Origin: an uncultured delta proteobacterium
GTDB taxonomy: Bacteria; Desulfobacterota; Desulfuromonadia; Desulfuromonadales; JACZKF01
Direction: 5' to 3'
NCBI GenBank assembly: GCA_963816395.1
Contig: CAWFKQ010000016.1
Coordinates: forward strand, 192,001 to 256,000
Length of the DNA stretch: 64,000 nucleotides
In this document: in pieces, positions 55,235-64,000 of the stretch
Position numbering within the stretch: position 1 is the first letter of the stretch
How the letters are laid out: each line of letters starts with the position of its first letter
Translations under genes and position numbers: made by a program
Notes under the pieces: generated by a model
Databases searched by the model: none
What the model was told of the DNA's origin: nothing
The model's input: the letters and a program-made list of their open reading frames with translations, nothing else

Positions 55235-55708
55235 ATGGACATTCAGAGAACGATAGACGATATTGACCTCCAGATTCTGAACATCCTTCAGGAAAAGGCC
55301 CGCGTTCCGAACGCCGAGGTGGCGCGCCAGGTGGGGATGGCGCCCTCGGCGGTTTTGGAGCGCATCCGCAAACTGGAGGAGCGGGGGATCATCGAGGGAT
55401 ATGAAGTGCGCCTCAATCCGCGCCATTTCGGCCAGGGACTGGCGGCGTTCCTCCTCATCGAGGCCGAACCCGCCGGCAACGGGAAGCTTGGCGAAAGACT
55501 GGCGGCGGTCCAGGGGGTGCAGGAAGTTCACCAGGTAGCGGGCTCCGACGGCTATCTGGTCAAGGTCCGGGCAGCGGACGCCGAAAGCCTCGGGCGGCTG
55601 CTGCGCGAAGATTTTCTGGCCATCCCCGGCATCCGCACCACCCGCACGCAGATCGTGCTGAACACGGTGAAAGAGACGAGACAGATTAATCTGAATTATG
55701 AATTTTGA
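55235..55708 (+). CDS. Lrp/AsnC family regulator
   Basis: DDIDLQILNILQEKAR..ERIRKLEERGIIEGY. Confidence 0.94.
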   Translation: MDIQRTIDDIDLQILNILQEKARVPNAEVARQVGMAPSAVLERIRKLEERGIIEGYEVRLNPRHFGQGLAAFLLIEAEPAGNGKLGERLAAVQGVQEVHQVAGSDGYLVKVRAADAESLGRLLREDFLAIPGIRTTRTQIVLNTVKETRQINLNYEF

Positions 55709-55764
55709 ATTTTTAATTTTAAATTAAATTTCCATTCAAAATTCAAAATTCAGAATTCAAAATT
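55692..55764. repeat. Heptamer palindromic repeat
   Basis: TGAATTATGAATTTTGAATTTT..ATTCAAAATTCAAAATTCAGAATTCAAAATT; supplies the stop codon of the Lrp-family gene. Confidence 0.88.
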
Positions 55765-55806
55765 TCCCTTACCCTTTCCACCTATAACCAACCTTGGAGC
55801 ACCGCC

Positions 55807-57066
55807 ATGCCCATGTCCGATGCCTTTCAGCAGCGCCTCTTCCCTCATCTGGAGAAGATCGCCGCGCATTACGGCACCCCCTTCCACATCTATGACGAGG
55901 CGGGTATCCGCGCCACCGGCGAGGGGCTGAAGCAGGCTTTCGCCGGCATCGCCGGCTTCCGCGAGTATTATGCCGTCAAGGCCCTGCCCAATCTGCGCAT
56001 CCTGCAGCTGATGCAGGAGCTGGGGTTCGGTTTCGACTGCAGTTCCATCCCCGAACTGGTCATGAGCCGGCGCATCGGCGCCCGCGGCGAGGACATCATG
56101 TTCACCTCCAACAACACCAGCCGGGAGGAGTTTCTCGCCGCCGCGGCCGAGGGCGGCTGCATCCTCAACCTGGACGATCTCAGCCTGGTCCCGAAGGTGG
56201 CCGACTTTCCGGAGCTGGTCTGTTTTCGCTACAACCCGGGACCGCGGCGGACCGGCAACGTCATCATCGGCCACCCCGAGGAGGCCAAGTACGGCGTCTC
56301 CCACGAGCAGATCGTGGAAGCCTACCGGCAGGCCAGGGCGCGGGGGGCGAAGCGCTTCGGCCTGCACACCATGGTCGCCTCCAACGAGCGCGACTACACC
56401 TACATCGTGCAGACGGCGGTCATGCTGCTGGAACTGGTGGAGACAATCGGCAAGGAGCTGGACATCCGCTTCGATTTCGTCAATATCGGCGGCGGCCTGG
56501 GGATTCCCTACCGCCCGGGGGACGAGCCGCTGAACCTGCCGGCCATTGCCAGGGAGATCACCGCCCTGTTCGCCGACTTCCAGGAGAAGAACGGCTATGC
56601 GCCGCGGATGCTGATGGAGAGCGGCCGCTTCATGACCGGGCCGCACGGCTGCCTGGTGACCACGGCCATCAATCGCAAGGATATCTATCGCAAGTACATC
56701 GGCGTGGATGCCTGCATGTCGTCGCTGATGCGGCCGGCCCTCTACGGCGCCTATCACCATATCAGCGTTCCCGGCAAGGAGCACCTGCCCAAGTCAGAGG
56801 TCTGCGACGTGGTCGGTTCCCTGTGCGAGAACAACGACAAGTTCGCCGTCCAGCGGGAGTTGCCGCCCATCGCCGACGGCGACCTGCTGGTCCTGCACGA
56901 CACCGGCGCCCACGGCCACGCCATGGGCTTCCAGTACAACGGCCGGCTGCGCCCCAAGGAGCTGCTGCTGCGCGCCGATGGCAGCGTCGAGCTGATCCGG
57001 CGCGAAGAAACCCTGGAGGATTATCTTCGCACGCAGGATTTCCAGGCGGACCGGTTCACTCCATGA
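55807..57066 (+). CDS. lysA: Diaminopimelate decarboxylase
   Basis: YAVKA, NIGGGLG, ESGR, GSLCENND, GAHG. Confidence 0.92.
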   Translation: MPMSDAFQQRLFPHLEKIAAHYGTPFHIYDEAGIRATGEGLKQAFAGIAGFREYYAVKALPNLRILQLMQELGFGFDCSSIPELVMSRRIGARGEDIMFTSNNTSREEFLAAAAEGGCILNLDDLSLVPKVADFPELVCFRYNPGPRRTGNVIIGHPEEAKYGVSHEQIVEAYRQARARGAKRFGLHTMVASNERDYTYIVQTAVMLLELVETIGKELDIRFDFVNIGGGLGIPYRPGDEPLNLPAIAREITALFADFQEKNGYAPRMLMESGRFMTGPHGCLVTTAINRKDIYRKYIGVDACMSSLMRPALYGAYHHISVPGKEHLPKSEVCDVVGSLCENNDKFAVQRELPPIADGDLLVLHDTGAHGHAMGFQYNGRLRPKELLLRADGSVELIRREETLEDYLRTQDFQADRFTP

Positions 57067-57092
57067 TTTGCGATTTGAGATTGCGAGTATTC

Positions 57093-57129
57093 AACGGCGG
57101 CCGGTCCCTGCGGGGAACCGGCCGTTTTT
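57093..57129 (+). terminator. Intrinsic terminator
   Basis: CGGCCGGT..ACCGGCCG-TTTTT. Confidence 0.75.
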
Positions 57130-57229
57130 CCAAGCCGCCGGGCAGATCCGGACCGACCTGCCGGCGGACATCTTCGGAGGAGTAGCACTGGCCGGGGGGA
57201 ACGGTCCCGCTCAAGGGAGGAGCGAAAAG

Positions 57230-59375
57230 ATGCGAGGGAAAACAACAAAGATCGTCCTGGCCTTCCTGCTGGTGGCCCTGGTCGGGGCCTTCTTCGCCTT
57301 CGACCTCGGCCAGTATCTCACCCTGGATTACCTCAAGGCGCGGCAGCTCGATTTCCAGCAGTTCTACGCCGCCCACCGGGCGCTGACCCTGGGCGCCTAC
57401 TTTCTCCTCTATGTCGCCGTCACCGCCCTCTCCCTCCCCGGCGCGGCCATCATGACGCTGGCCGGCGGGGCACTGTTCGGTTTTCTCCCCGCCCTGGTCG
57501 TCGTCTCCTTCGCCTCCACCCTCGGCGCCACCCTGGCCTTCCTGGTCAGCCGCTTCCTGCTGCGCGACTGGGTGCAGGCGCGCTTCGGCGAGCGGCTGCG
57601 GGCGATCAACGCCGGAGTGGAAAAGGAGGGGGCCTTCTACCTCTTCACCCTGCGCCTGGTGCCGATCTTCCCCTTTTTCGTCATCAATCTGGTGATGGGA
57701 CTCACCCCCCTGCGCCCCCTCACTTTCTACTGGGTCAGCCAGCTCGGCATGCTGGCGGGGACGGCGGTCTACGTCAATGCCGGCACCCAGCTCGGCCAGA
57801 TCCAGAGCCTCTCGGGAATTCTTTCTCCCGGGCTGCTCCTCTCCTTCGCCCTGCTCGGGGTCTTTCCGCTGATCGCCAGAAAAGGAGTGGATTTCATGAA
57901 ATCCCGGCGCGTCCTCAAGGACTTCCCCAAGCCGAAGAAGTTCGACTACAACGTGGTGGTCATCGGCGCCGGCTCGGCCGGGCTGGTGGCCTCGTACATC
58001 GCCGCGGCGGTCAAGGCGAAGGTGGCGCTGATCGAGAAAGACAGAATGGGGGGCGATTGCCTGAACACCGGCTGCGTGCCGAGCAAGGCGCTGATCCGCT
58101 CGGCGCGGATGCTCTCCTATTTCCGCCGGGCCGGGGAGTTCGGCATCCGCCAAGGCGGAGGTCGACTTCGATTTCGCCGAGGTGATGGAGCGGGTGCAGC
58201 GGGTCATCGGCAAGGTCGAGCCGCATGACTCCGTGGAGCGCTACACCTCCCTGGGGGTGGACGTCGTGCAGGGGGCGGCGAAGATCACTTCTCCCTGGAC
58301 CGTCGAAGTGAACGGCCGCACCCTGACCACCCGCGCCATCGTCGTCGCCACCGGCGCCTCCCCTCTGGTGCCGCCGATCCAGGGGCTGGATCAGATCGAT
58401 TATCTGACCTCGGACAACCTCTGGCAGCTGCGGGAGCTTCCGAAGCGACTGGTCGTCCTCGGCGGCGGCCCCATCGGCTGCGAGATGACCCAGGCCTTCG
58501 CCCGCTTCGGCTCCGCAGGTCACCCAGGTGGAGATGGGGCCGCGGATCATGCCCCGCGAGGACGAGGACGTCTCCGCATTCATCCGCCGGCGGTTCGAGG
58601 CCGAAGGGGTGCGGGTGCTCACCGGCCATGCAGCCAAGGAGGTCAAGGTCGAGGGCGGCCGGAAGATGCTGGTCTGCGAGACACGACGGATAGCCGGTGG
58701 AGGTCGAGTTCGACGCCATCCTGGTCGCCGTCGGGCGCAAGGCGAATACCAAGGGATTCGGACTGGAAGAGCTGGGGGTGAGCATCGAAAAGCGCGGCAC
58801 CATCGAGACCGATCCCTTCCTGCGCACCAATTTCCCGAACATCCTGTGCGCCGGCGACGTGGCCGGCCCCTACCAGTTCACCCACACCGCCGCCCATCAG
58901 GCCTGGTACGCGTCGGTCAACGCCCTGTTCGGCCAGCTCAAAAAGTTCCGGGTCGATTACCGCGTCATCCCCTGGTGCACCTTCACCGACCCCGAGGTGG
59001 CCCGGGTGGGCCTGAGCGAGGCCGAAGCCCGGGAGAAGAATGTGCGTTACGAGGTCGCCCGCTTCGAGCTGGCGGAACTGGACCGGGCCATCGCCGAGGG
59101 GGAGGAGCACGGCTGGGTCAAGGTGCTCACCCCGCCCGGCAAGGACAAGATCCTCGGGGCGACCATCGTCGGCGCCCACGCCGGCGACCTGCTGGCCGAA
59201 TTCGTCCTGGCGATGAAGCACGGCATCGGTCTGAACAAGATCCTCGGCACCATCCACGCCTACCCGACCCTGGCCGAGGCGAACAAGATGGCGGCCGGCG
59301 CCTGGAAGAAGGCAGCACGTGCCGGAGAAGCTCCTAGGCTGGGTGGAGCGCTACCACGCCTGGCGGAGGGGGTGA
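57230..59375 (+). CDS. TVP38/TMEM64 (DedA-like) domain fused to a pyridine nucleotide-disulfide oxidoreductase (Lpd/MerA-like), frameshifted
   Basis: ALSLPGA..LRLVPIFPFF; GAGSAG, GGDCLNTGCVPSK, GGGPIG, HAYPT. Confidence 0.9.
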
Positions 59376-59427
59376 TCGCGCTGCCGGTCGCCGCCGCGGA
59401 AAGACAAACGTATGTGTAGAAGAGTTT

Positions 59428-59530
59428 CAACGCAAAGGCGCAAAGAACAGGGAAAGAACGCAAAGAAAGCGAAACGAAATTTGGAACCCCTTTGCGCCCT
59501 GTATTTACTCCTTTGCGGCTTTGCGTTAAA
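59428..59530. repeat. CGCAAAG 9-mer-periodic palindromic repeat
   Basis: AACGCAAAGGCGCAAAG..CTTTGCGGCTTTGCGTT. Confidence 0.8.
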
Positions 59531-59569
59531 TTATCGGTTCTCAACCGAAGCAGAAAGGAAGTAAAGCAG

Positions 59570-60534
59570 ATGGTTGCAGCATTCAAGGAACGTCTCCAGG
59601 AAATCAACCCCGGTTTCATCCGCTTCGAGAAACTGCAGACGCTGCAGGTCAATCTCGGCGACCAGTGCAACATGCGCTGCGCCCATTGCCATATCGGCGC
59701 CTCTCCGGCCGGAAGAAAGGTCATGGACCGGCCGGTCATCGACAAGATCGCCGAGACCATGGAGCGCATGCCGGGAATCACCCTGGATATCACCGGCGGC
59801 TGTCCCGGAGATGAATCCCGCATTTCCGCCGCCTGGTCGAGGCGACCGCCGCCCATTCCCCGCGCCGCATCGTGCGCAGCAATCTCACCATCCTGACCGA
59901 TGCCGGATTCGAGTGGCTGCCGGAGTTCTTCCGGGAGCAGCGTCTGGTGGTCACCGCTTCCCTCCCCTGCTACCTGGAGGAGAACGTCGATCGCCAGCGG
60001 GGTAAGGGAACCCACGCCCGCAGCCTCGCCGCCCTGCGCCGGCTGAACGCCCTCGGCTACGGGGACGAGCTGGAGCTGAACCTCGTCTACAACCCCGGCG
60101 GCGACTTCGTCCCCGGCTCCCAGCAGGATCTGGAGGAGGCTTACCGGAAGGAGCTGTCGGAGAAGTACGGCATCCGTTTCAACCACCTCTTCACCATCAC
60201 CAACGCCCCCATCGGGCGCTTCCGGGAATACCTGGAGTCCAAGGGGCTCTACGATCGCTACCTGCACCTGCTGGCCACCCGCTTCAACCCGGAGGCGGCG
60301 CAGAAACATCATGTGCCGCACCCTGATCAGCGTCGACTGGCAGGGATTTCCTCTACAACTGCGATTTCAATCAGGCGATCGGCTTGCCGATCACCGGCGC
60401 GGGACGGGGAGATCCTGAAGATCGAGGATCTGGAGACGGCGGCAAGGAGCGGCAAGGAACTTCTCCTTTCCGATCACTGCTACTGCTGCACCGCCGGGGA
60501 AGGATCGAGCTGCACCGGGGCGCTGGTGGCGTGA
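59570..60534 (+). CDS. arsS: ArsS-like radical SAM protein (radical SAM/Cys-rich family), frameshifted
   Basis: TLQVNLG..CNMRCAHCH, DITGG, ASLPCY..NVDRQRG, LNLVYNP, HCYCCTAGEGSSC. Confidence 0.82.
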
Positions 60535-60712
60535 AGGGAGAGGAGGACCGCCTGAAACAGCAGGGGGTGACGTGATTTCTCCTTTTGCCGAAAAGCTGAC
60601 TTACGGCTAACAAGGCCAATGCCTCTCCTTGTCCGTCCAGGAAAATGTGCTAGTCCTTTCCCTAGATCTGCAGAGGTAAGCCACAATTAACCCATCATCG
60701 GAGGCTGTGGTC

Positions 60713-61374
60713 ATGCTGGTCATCTTCGACGTCGTCGGGACTCTCTTTTCCCTGGACCGGGTCCGGGAAAGCATTCGGGAGCAAGGACTTCCGCCGGAGT
60801 TGCTCCCGTGGTGGTTCGGTCGCCTTTTGCAGACCGCCATGGCGGCCACCCTGGCGAGTCGCTATCTCCCCTTCCGGCAGGCGGCCGAGGCCAGCCTGAA
60901 GCAGGTCCTGACTGTTGCCGGCCGCCCGGAAACCTGGCCAAACCGATCCTGGAACAGATGAAGGAACTCGCCCCCTGGCCCGACGCCGCGGACTGCCTGC
61001 GGCGGCTGCGCGGTGCCGGGCATCGCCTGGTCGCTCTGACCAACAGCTCGGCCGAGGCGGCGGAAGGGCTTCTGGGTAAAGCGGGGCTGCGTGATTTCTT
61101 CGAACTGGCCCTCTCCACCGATGAGGCCGGCGCCTGCAAACCCGACCCGCGTCCCTACCGGCTGGCCCTGGAGCGTGCCGGCTTTGAACCCTCTGAAGCC
61201 TGCATGGTGGCGGCGCACGGCTGGGACATCCTGGGCGCCGATGCGGTCGGGATGCAGACGGTCTGGATCGAGCGCCTGGAAAAGCGCTGGCCGTTTCCGG
61301 GAGAACCGCCGGGCCGGATCGCCGCAGATCTCGCGCAAGTCCCGGAAGCTGTCCGCCTGATATCGGAAATCTGA
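60713..61374 (+). CDS. Haloacid dehalogenase type II-like HAD, frameshifted
   Basis: FDVVGTL, LTNS, KPDPRPY, VAAHGWDILGA. Confidence 0.88.
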
Positions 61375-61685
61375 TTGCGCAGGCCTGCTGGACCGGCACG
61401 GCGCGGTGGCTGGTTCCCGCTTCTTTCCTCCCCACCCGCTTCCTCGCCTTCCCCATTGCCGTCGTTCTTCCGCCGCTCCATCCCCGTCTGGGCACCGGTC
61501 ATCGCCAGGGTGCCGATGATCCCGCCGGTCAGGCGGCACAGAGGCCTTTTAGGCTTGGGCTCACGGTTTTTTTTCGCTCTGAACATGTCGCCTCCGAATG
61601 CAATTTTTTTGGAGTGCAGCTCAAACGGAAGCCCGGCATTCAGCGAGAAAAAAGTATTAGGTTATTCGAATATGTTTAAGGGTCG

Positions 61686-61778
61686 AGAGCGATCCGGTTC
61701 AGTCTCGGCCGGTCGACAACCTGGGAGGAGTTGGAAAAAGTGCTCGACCTTTTACAGGCCGCATTACCCGGGTACTGA
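61686..61778 (+). pseudogene. 3' remnant of an IscS/NifS cysteine desulfurase
   Basis: RAIRFSLGRSTTWEELEKVLDLLQAALPGY*, stopping 2 bp before the MFS ATG. Confidence 0.7.
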
Positions 61779-61780
61779 AG

Positions 61781-63070
61781 ATGGTTAAGAAATCTAAGTT
61801 GAAATCCGTGCCTACGAACTCGATCCGTCTCGGGCTGCGGGAGAACCTCGGCCAGTTCTCGCTGCTGGTACTCGTCAATGCTTTTGTCGGCGCCATGGTG
61901 GGTCTGGAGCGCAGCATCCTTCCGGCCATCGCCGAGCAGGAGTTCCATATCGCTGCACGGGCGGCGATTTTCTCTTTCATCATCGTTTTCGGCGTTACCA
62001 AGGCGCTGACCAACTACTTTGCCGGCCGCCTCTCCGACCGCTTTGGTCGCAAGCACGTGCTGGTGGCGGGCTGGCTGGTGGCTGTTCCCGTGCCGTTTTT
62101 TCTGATGTGGGCACCGGATTGGAACTGGGTGGTCGGTGCCAATGTGCTGCTCGGCGCGAGTCAGGGGCTGACGTGGTCCCTCACAGTCATCATGAAGATC
62201 GACCTGGTTGGCCCGAAGCAGCGCGGCCTGGCCATGGGGCTCAATGAATTCTCCGGCTATTTTGCGGTGGCGTGCAGCGCCCTGGCAACGGCCTGGATTG
62301 CAGTGCGCTGGGGGCTCAGGCCCGAGCCGTTCTATCTCGGCGTCGCCTATGTCGCGGCCGGCTTACTGCTTTCGGTGCTGGTCGTGCGGGAAACCCGCCA
62401 TCACGTGGCACACGAGGTGCGTGCCCACCGTCCGGCGGCAGGCACTTCTGGCCTCAGCCAGGGCGAGATCTTTCGCCGCACCTCTTTGACCGACCGCAAT
62501 CTCTCCAGCGTCAGTCAGGCTGGACTGGTCAACAATCTGAATGATGGAATGGCCTGGGGGCTGTTCCCGCTGGTTTTCGCCGCCGCCGGCATGAACCTGG
62601 CCCAGATCGGCACCCTCGTCGCGATCTATCCGGCGGTCTGGGGAATAGGGCAGATTTTTACCGGTGCCCTGTCCGACTGCATCGGTCGCAAATGGTTGAT
62701 CGTCTGGGGGATGTGGATACAGGCAGCCGGCATCATCGTGACGGCGCTGACGGCGCATTTCCTGTTTTTCGCGCTGGGTGGGGTGTTGCTCGGCGTCGGG
62801 ACGGCGATGGTCTATCCCACCCTGCTGGCCGCCATCGGCGATGTGGCCCATCCCTCCTGGCGCGCTTCCGCCGTCGGGGTCTACAGGCTCTGGCGTGATC
62901 TTGGCTACGCTGTGGGCGCGCTCTTGGCCGGCATCACTGCCGACCTCTTCGGTCTGGTGGCGGCAATGTGGCTGATCGCGGGACTGACCTGGTTGTCGGG
63001 CGTGATCGCCGCAAGGCGGATGAAGGAAACCCGGACCGGAGAAAAAAGAACGGCTCCCGGCACAGGCTGA
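61781..63070 (+). CDS. MFS transporter
   Basis: GRLSDRFGRK, VNNLNDGMAWG; about 12 TM helices. Confidence 0.92.
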   Translation: MVKKSKLKSVPTNSIRLGLRENLGQFSLLVLVNAFVGAMVGLERSILPAIAEQEFHIAARAAIFSFIIVFGVTKALTNYFAGRLSDRFGRKHVLVAGWLVAVPVPFFLMWAPDWNWVVGANVLLGASQGLTWSLTVIMKIDLVGPKQRGLAMGLNEFSGYFAVACSALATAWIAVRWGLRPEPFYLGVAYVAAGLLLSVLVVRETRHHVAHEVRAHRPAAGTSGLSQGEIFRRTSLTDRNLSSVSQAGLVNNLNDGMAWGLFPLVFAAAGMNLAQIGTLVAIYPAVWGIGQIFTGALSDCIGRKWLIVWGMWIQAAGIIVTALTAHFLFFALGGVLLGVGTAMVYPTLLAAIGDVAHPSWRASAVGVYRLWRDLGYAVGALLAGITADLFGLVAAMWLIAGLTWLSGVIAARRMKETRTGEKRTAPGTG

Positions 63071-63159
63071 AGCGCATTGAAGGTTGCCCCGACGGCCGGG
63101 GACAGGGGGCGACTACACGCATTGATCGATCGCCGGATTGCGGGCCGCAGGCGCGGCGG

Positions 63160-64000
63160 CTAACTGTCCTCGCGCATCGCTGCCAGCGGCAAGGTGAAGT
63201 AAAACACGCTTCCCACCCCCGGCGCACTCTCCACCCGGACCTGACCGCGGTGGGCCTCGACCAGGCTGCGGGTGATGTAGAGTCCAAGTCCGACGCTGCC
63301 CGGTTTTTTCCCCCCTTTGGGAGGGTGAAAGCGGTCAAAGATATGGGGAAGGTCCTCCGGGTCTATGCCTTGGCCATGATCATGTACGGAGACAACCAGG
63401 AGCTTCCCGTCCTGCCGTGCCCGCACTTCCACGGGGCTGTCGGGAGGCGAAAATTTCAGGGCGTTGGTCAGCAGGTTGCTGAAAATGCGCTCCAGCCGCG
63501 CGGGGTCGGCCGCCACCGGCGGCAGCTCCGGCACCTCCGGGACGATCCGCGAAGCGTCCAGCGCGGTGGCGGACCTCCGGAGAAAATCGGCGAGGAACTG
63601 ATCCAGCCGAACCGGTTCCATCTCCAGTTTGATCTCTCCCCCTTCCAGGCGTGCCGCCTCGACCAGGTCCTCGATCATGCGGTGCATGCGCTCGGCGGCG
63701 GTCACGATAGCCTCGACATGGGGTTTCGCTTCCTCCTCCTGGAGCCGGCCGGTCAGGAGTTGAGCGTAGCCGAGAATGACGGTGAGCGGCGTGCGCAGGT
63801 CGTGGGAGATGGTGTGGATGTACATCTCGCGCTCCTGCTGGAGGTCATGCATGCCAGTGATATCGACAAAGGTGGTGACTGCGCCCATGATCTCCCCTTC
63901 CAGGCGGATCGGCGCGGCGCTGAAGCTCCCCCAGATCGTCCGGCCCGTAGGAAAGGAGAACTTCAGGATTTCGCCGAGAACCGTCTCTCCCCGCAAAGCG
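63160..64000 (-). CDS. Histidine kinase C-terminal part, gene begins beyond the right edge
   Basis: SHDLRTPL, NLLTNALKFS, SVGLGLYI. Confidence 0.92.
   Translation of the reverse strand, partial: ALRGETVLGEILKFSFPTGRTIWGSFSAAPIRLEGEIMGAVTTFVDITGMHDLQQEREMYIHTISHDLRTPLTVILGYAQLLTGRLQEEEAKPHVEAIVTAAERMHRMIEDLVEAARLEGGEIKLEMEPVRLDQFLADFLRRSATALDASRIVPEVPELPPVAADPARLERIFSNLLTNALKFSPPDSPVEVRARQDGKLLVVSVHDHGQGIDPEDLPHIFDRFHPPKGGKKPGSVGLGLYITRSLVEAHRGQVRVESAPGVGSVFYFTLPLAAMREDS

Noticed and set aside
57130..57229. yybP-ykoY-like riboswitch suggested by GGAGGAGTAGC
   Set aside because: The rest of the aptamer is not evident; it would need an Rfam scan.
57900..59375. Mercuric reductase merA
   Set aside because: There is no C-terminal Cys-Cys pair and no mer genes; it has the HxYPT motif of Lpd-like enzymes.
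60500..60600. Selenocysteine read-through in arsS
   Set aside because: The position that is Sec in some homologues is TGC here; the TGA falls at the normal C-terminus.

Overview
High-GC window from a Desulfuromonadales (Desulfuromonas/Geobacter-like) chromosome. The assignment rests on a PpcA-type cytochrome c7, an HgtR-like repressor and a heme-c MCP. Many genes, including conserved housekeeping ones (obgE, nadD, gpmI, aroC, rlmH), are broken by single-base indels. These look like long-read consensus errors, so split genes are reported as joined CDS with approximate ends. From left to right the window holds: a defence locus (mrr, HTH-fused hsdM, hsdS) at the 3' end of tRNA-Pro(CGG); an orphan multi-PAS kinase; a six-gene ECF-sigma module with twin divergent promoters; aroC; an FNR-box-preceded single PAS protein; a LysR/MFS/flavoprotein module; an MCP; ecn-lspA-ileS; hgtR-like; nhaA; ppcA-like; hcp; an accessory block (EamA, mntP, type III PKS, dead cupin, panE, DUF169) with a 79-bp gene-end duplication; the core rplU-rpmA-obgE-proBA-nadD-rsfS-rlmH-dksA-lapB-gpmI-comF run; rng; a radical SAM fusion; lrp-lysA; a TVP38-Lpd fusion with arsS; and an MFS gene behind an iscS remnant. 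Intergenic DNA carries several 7-mer- and 9-mer-periodic palindromic repeats and a MITE-like element. No CRISPR array, rRNA, integrase or transposase was seen. The best candidate for an uncharacterised system is the ECF module at 7499-11090.
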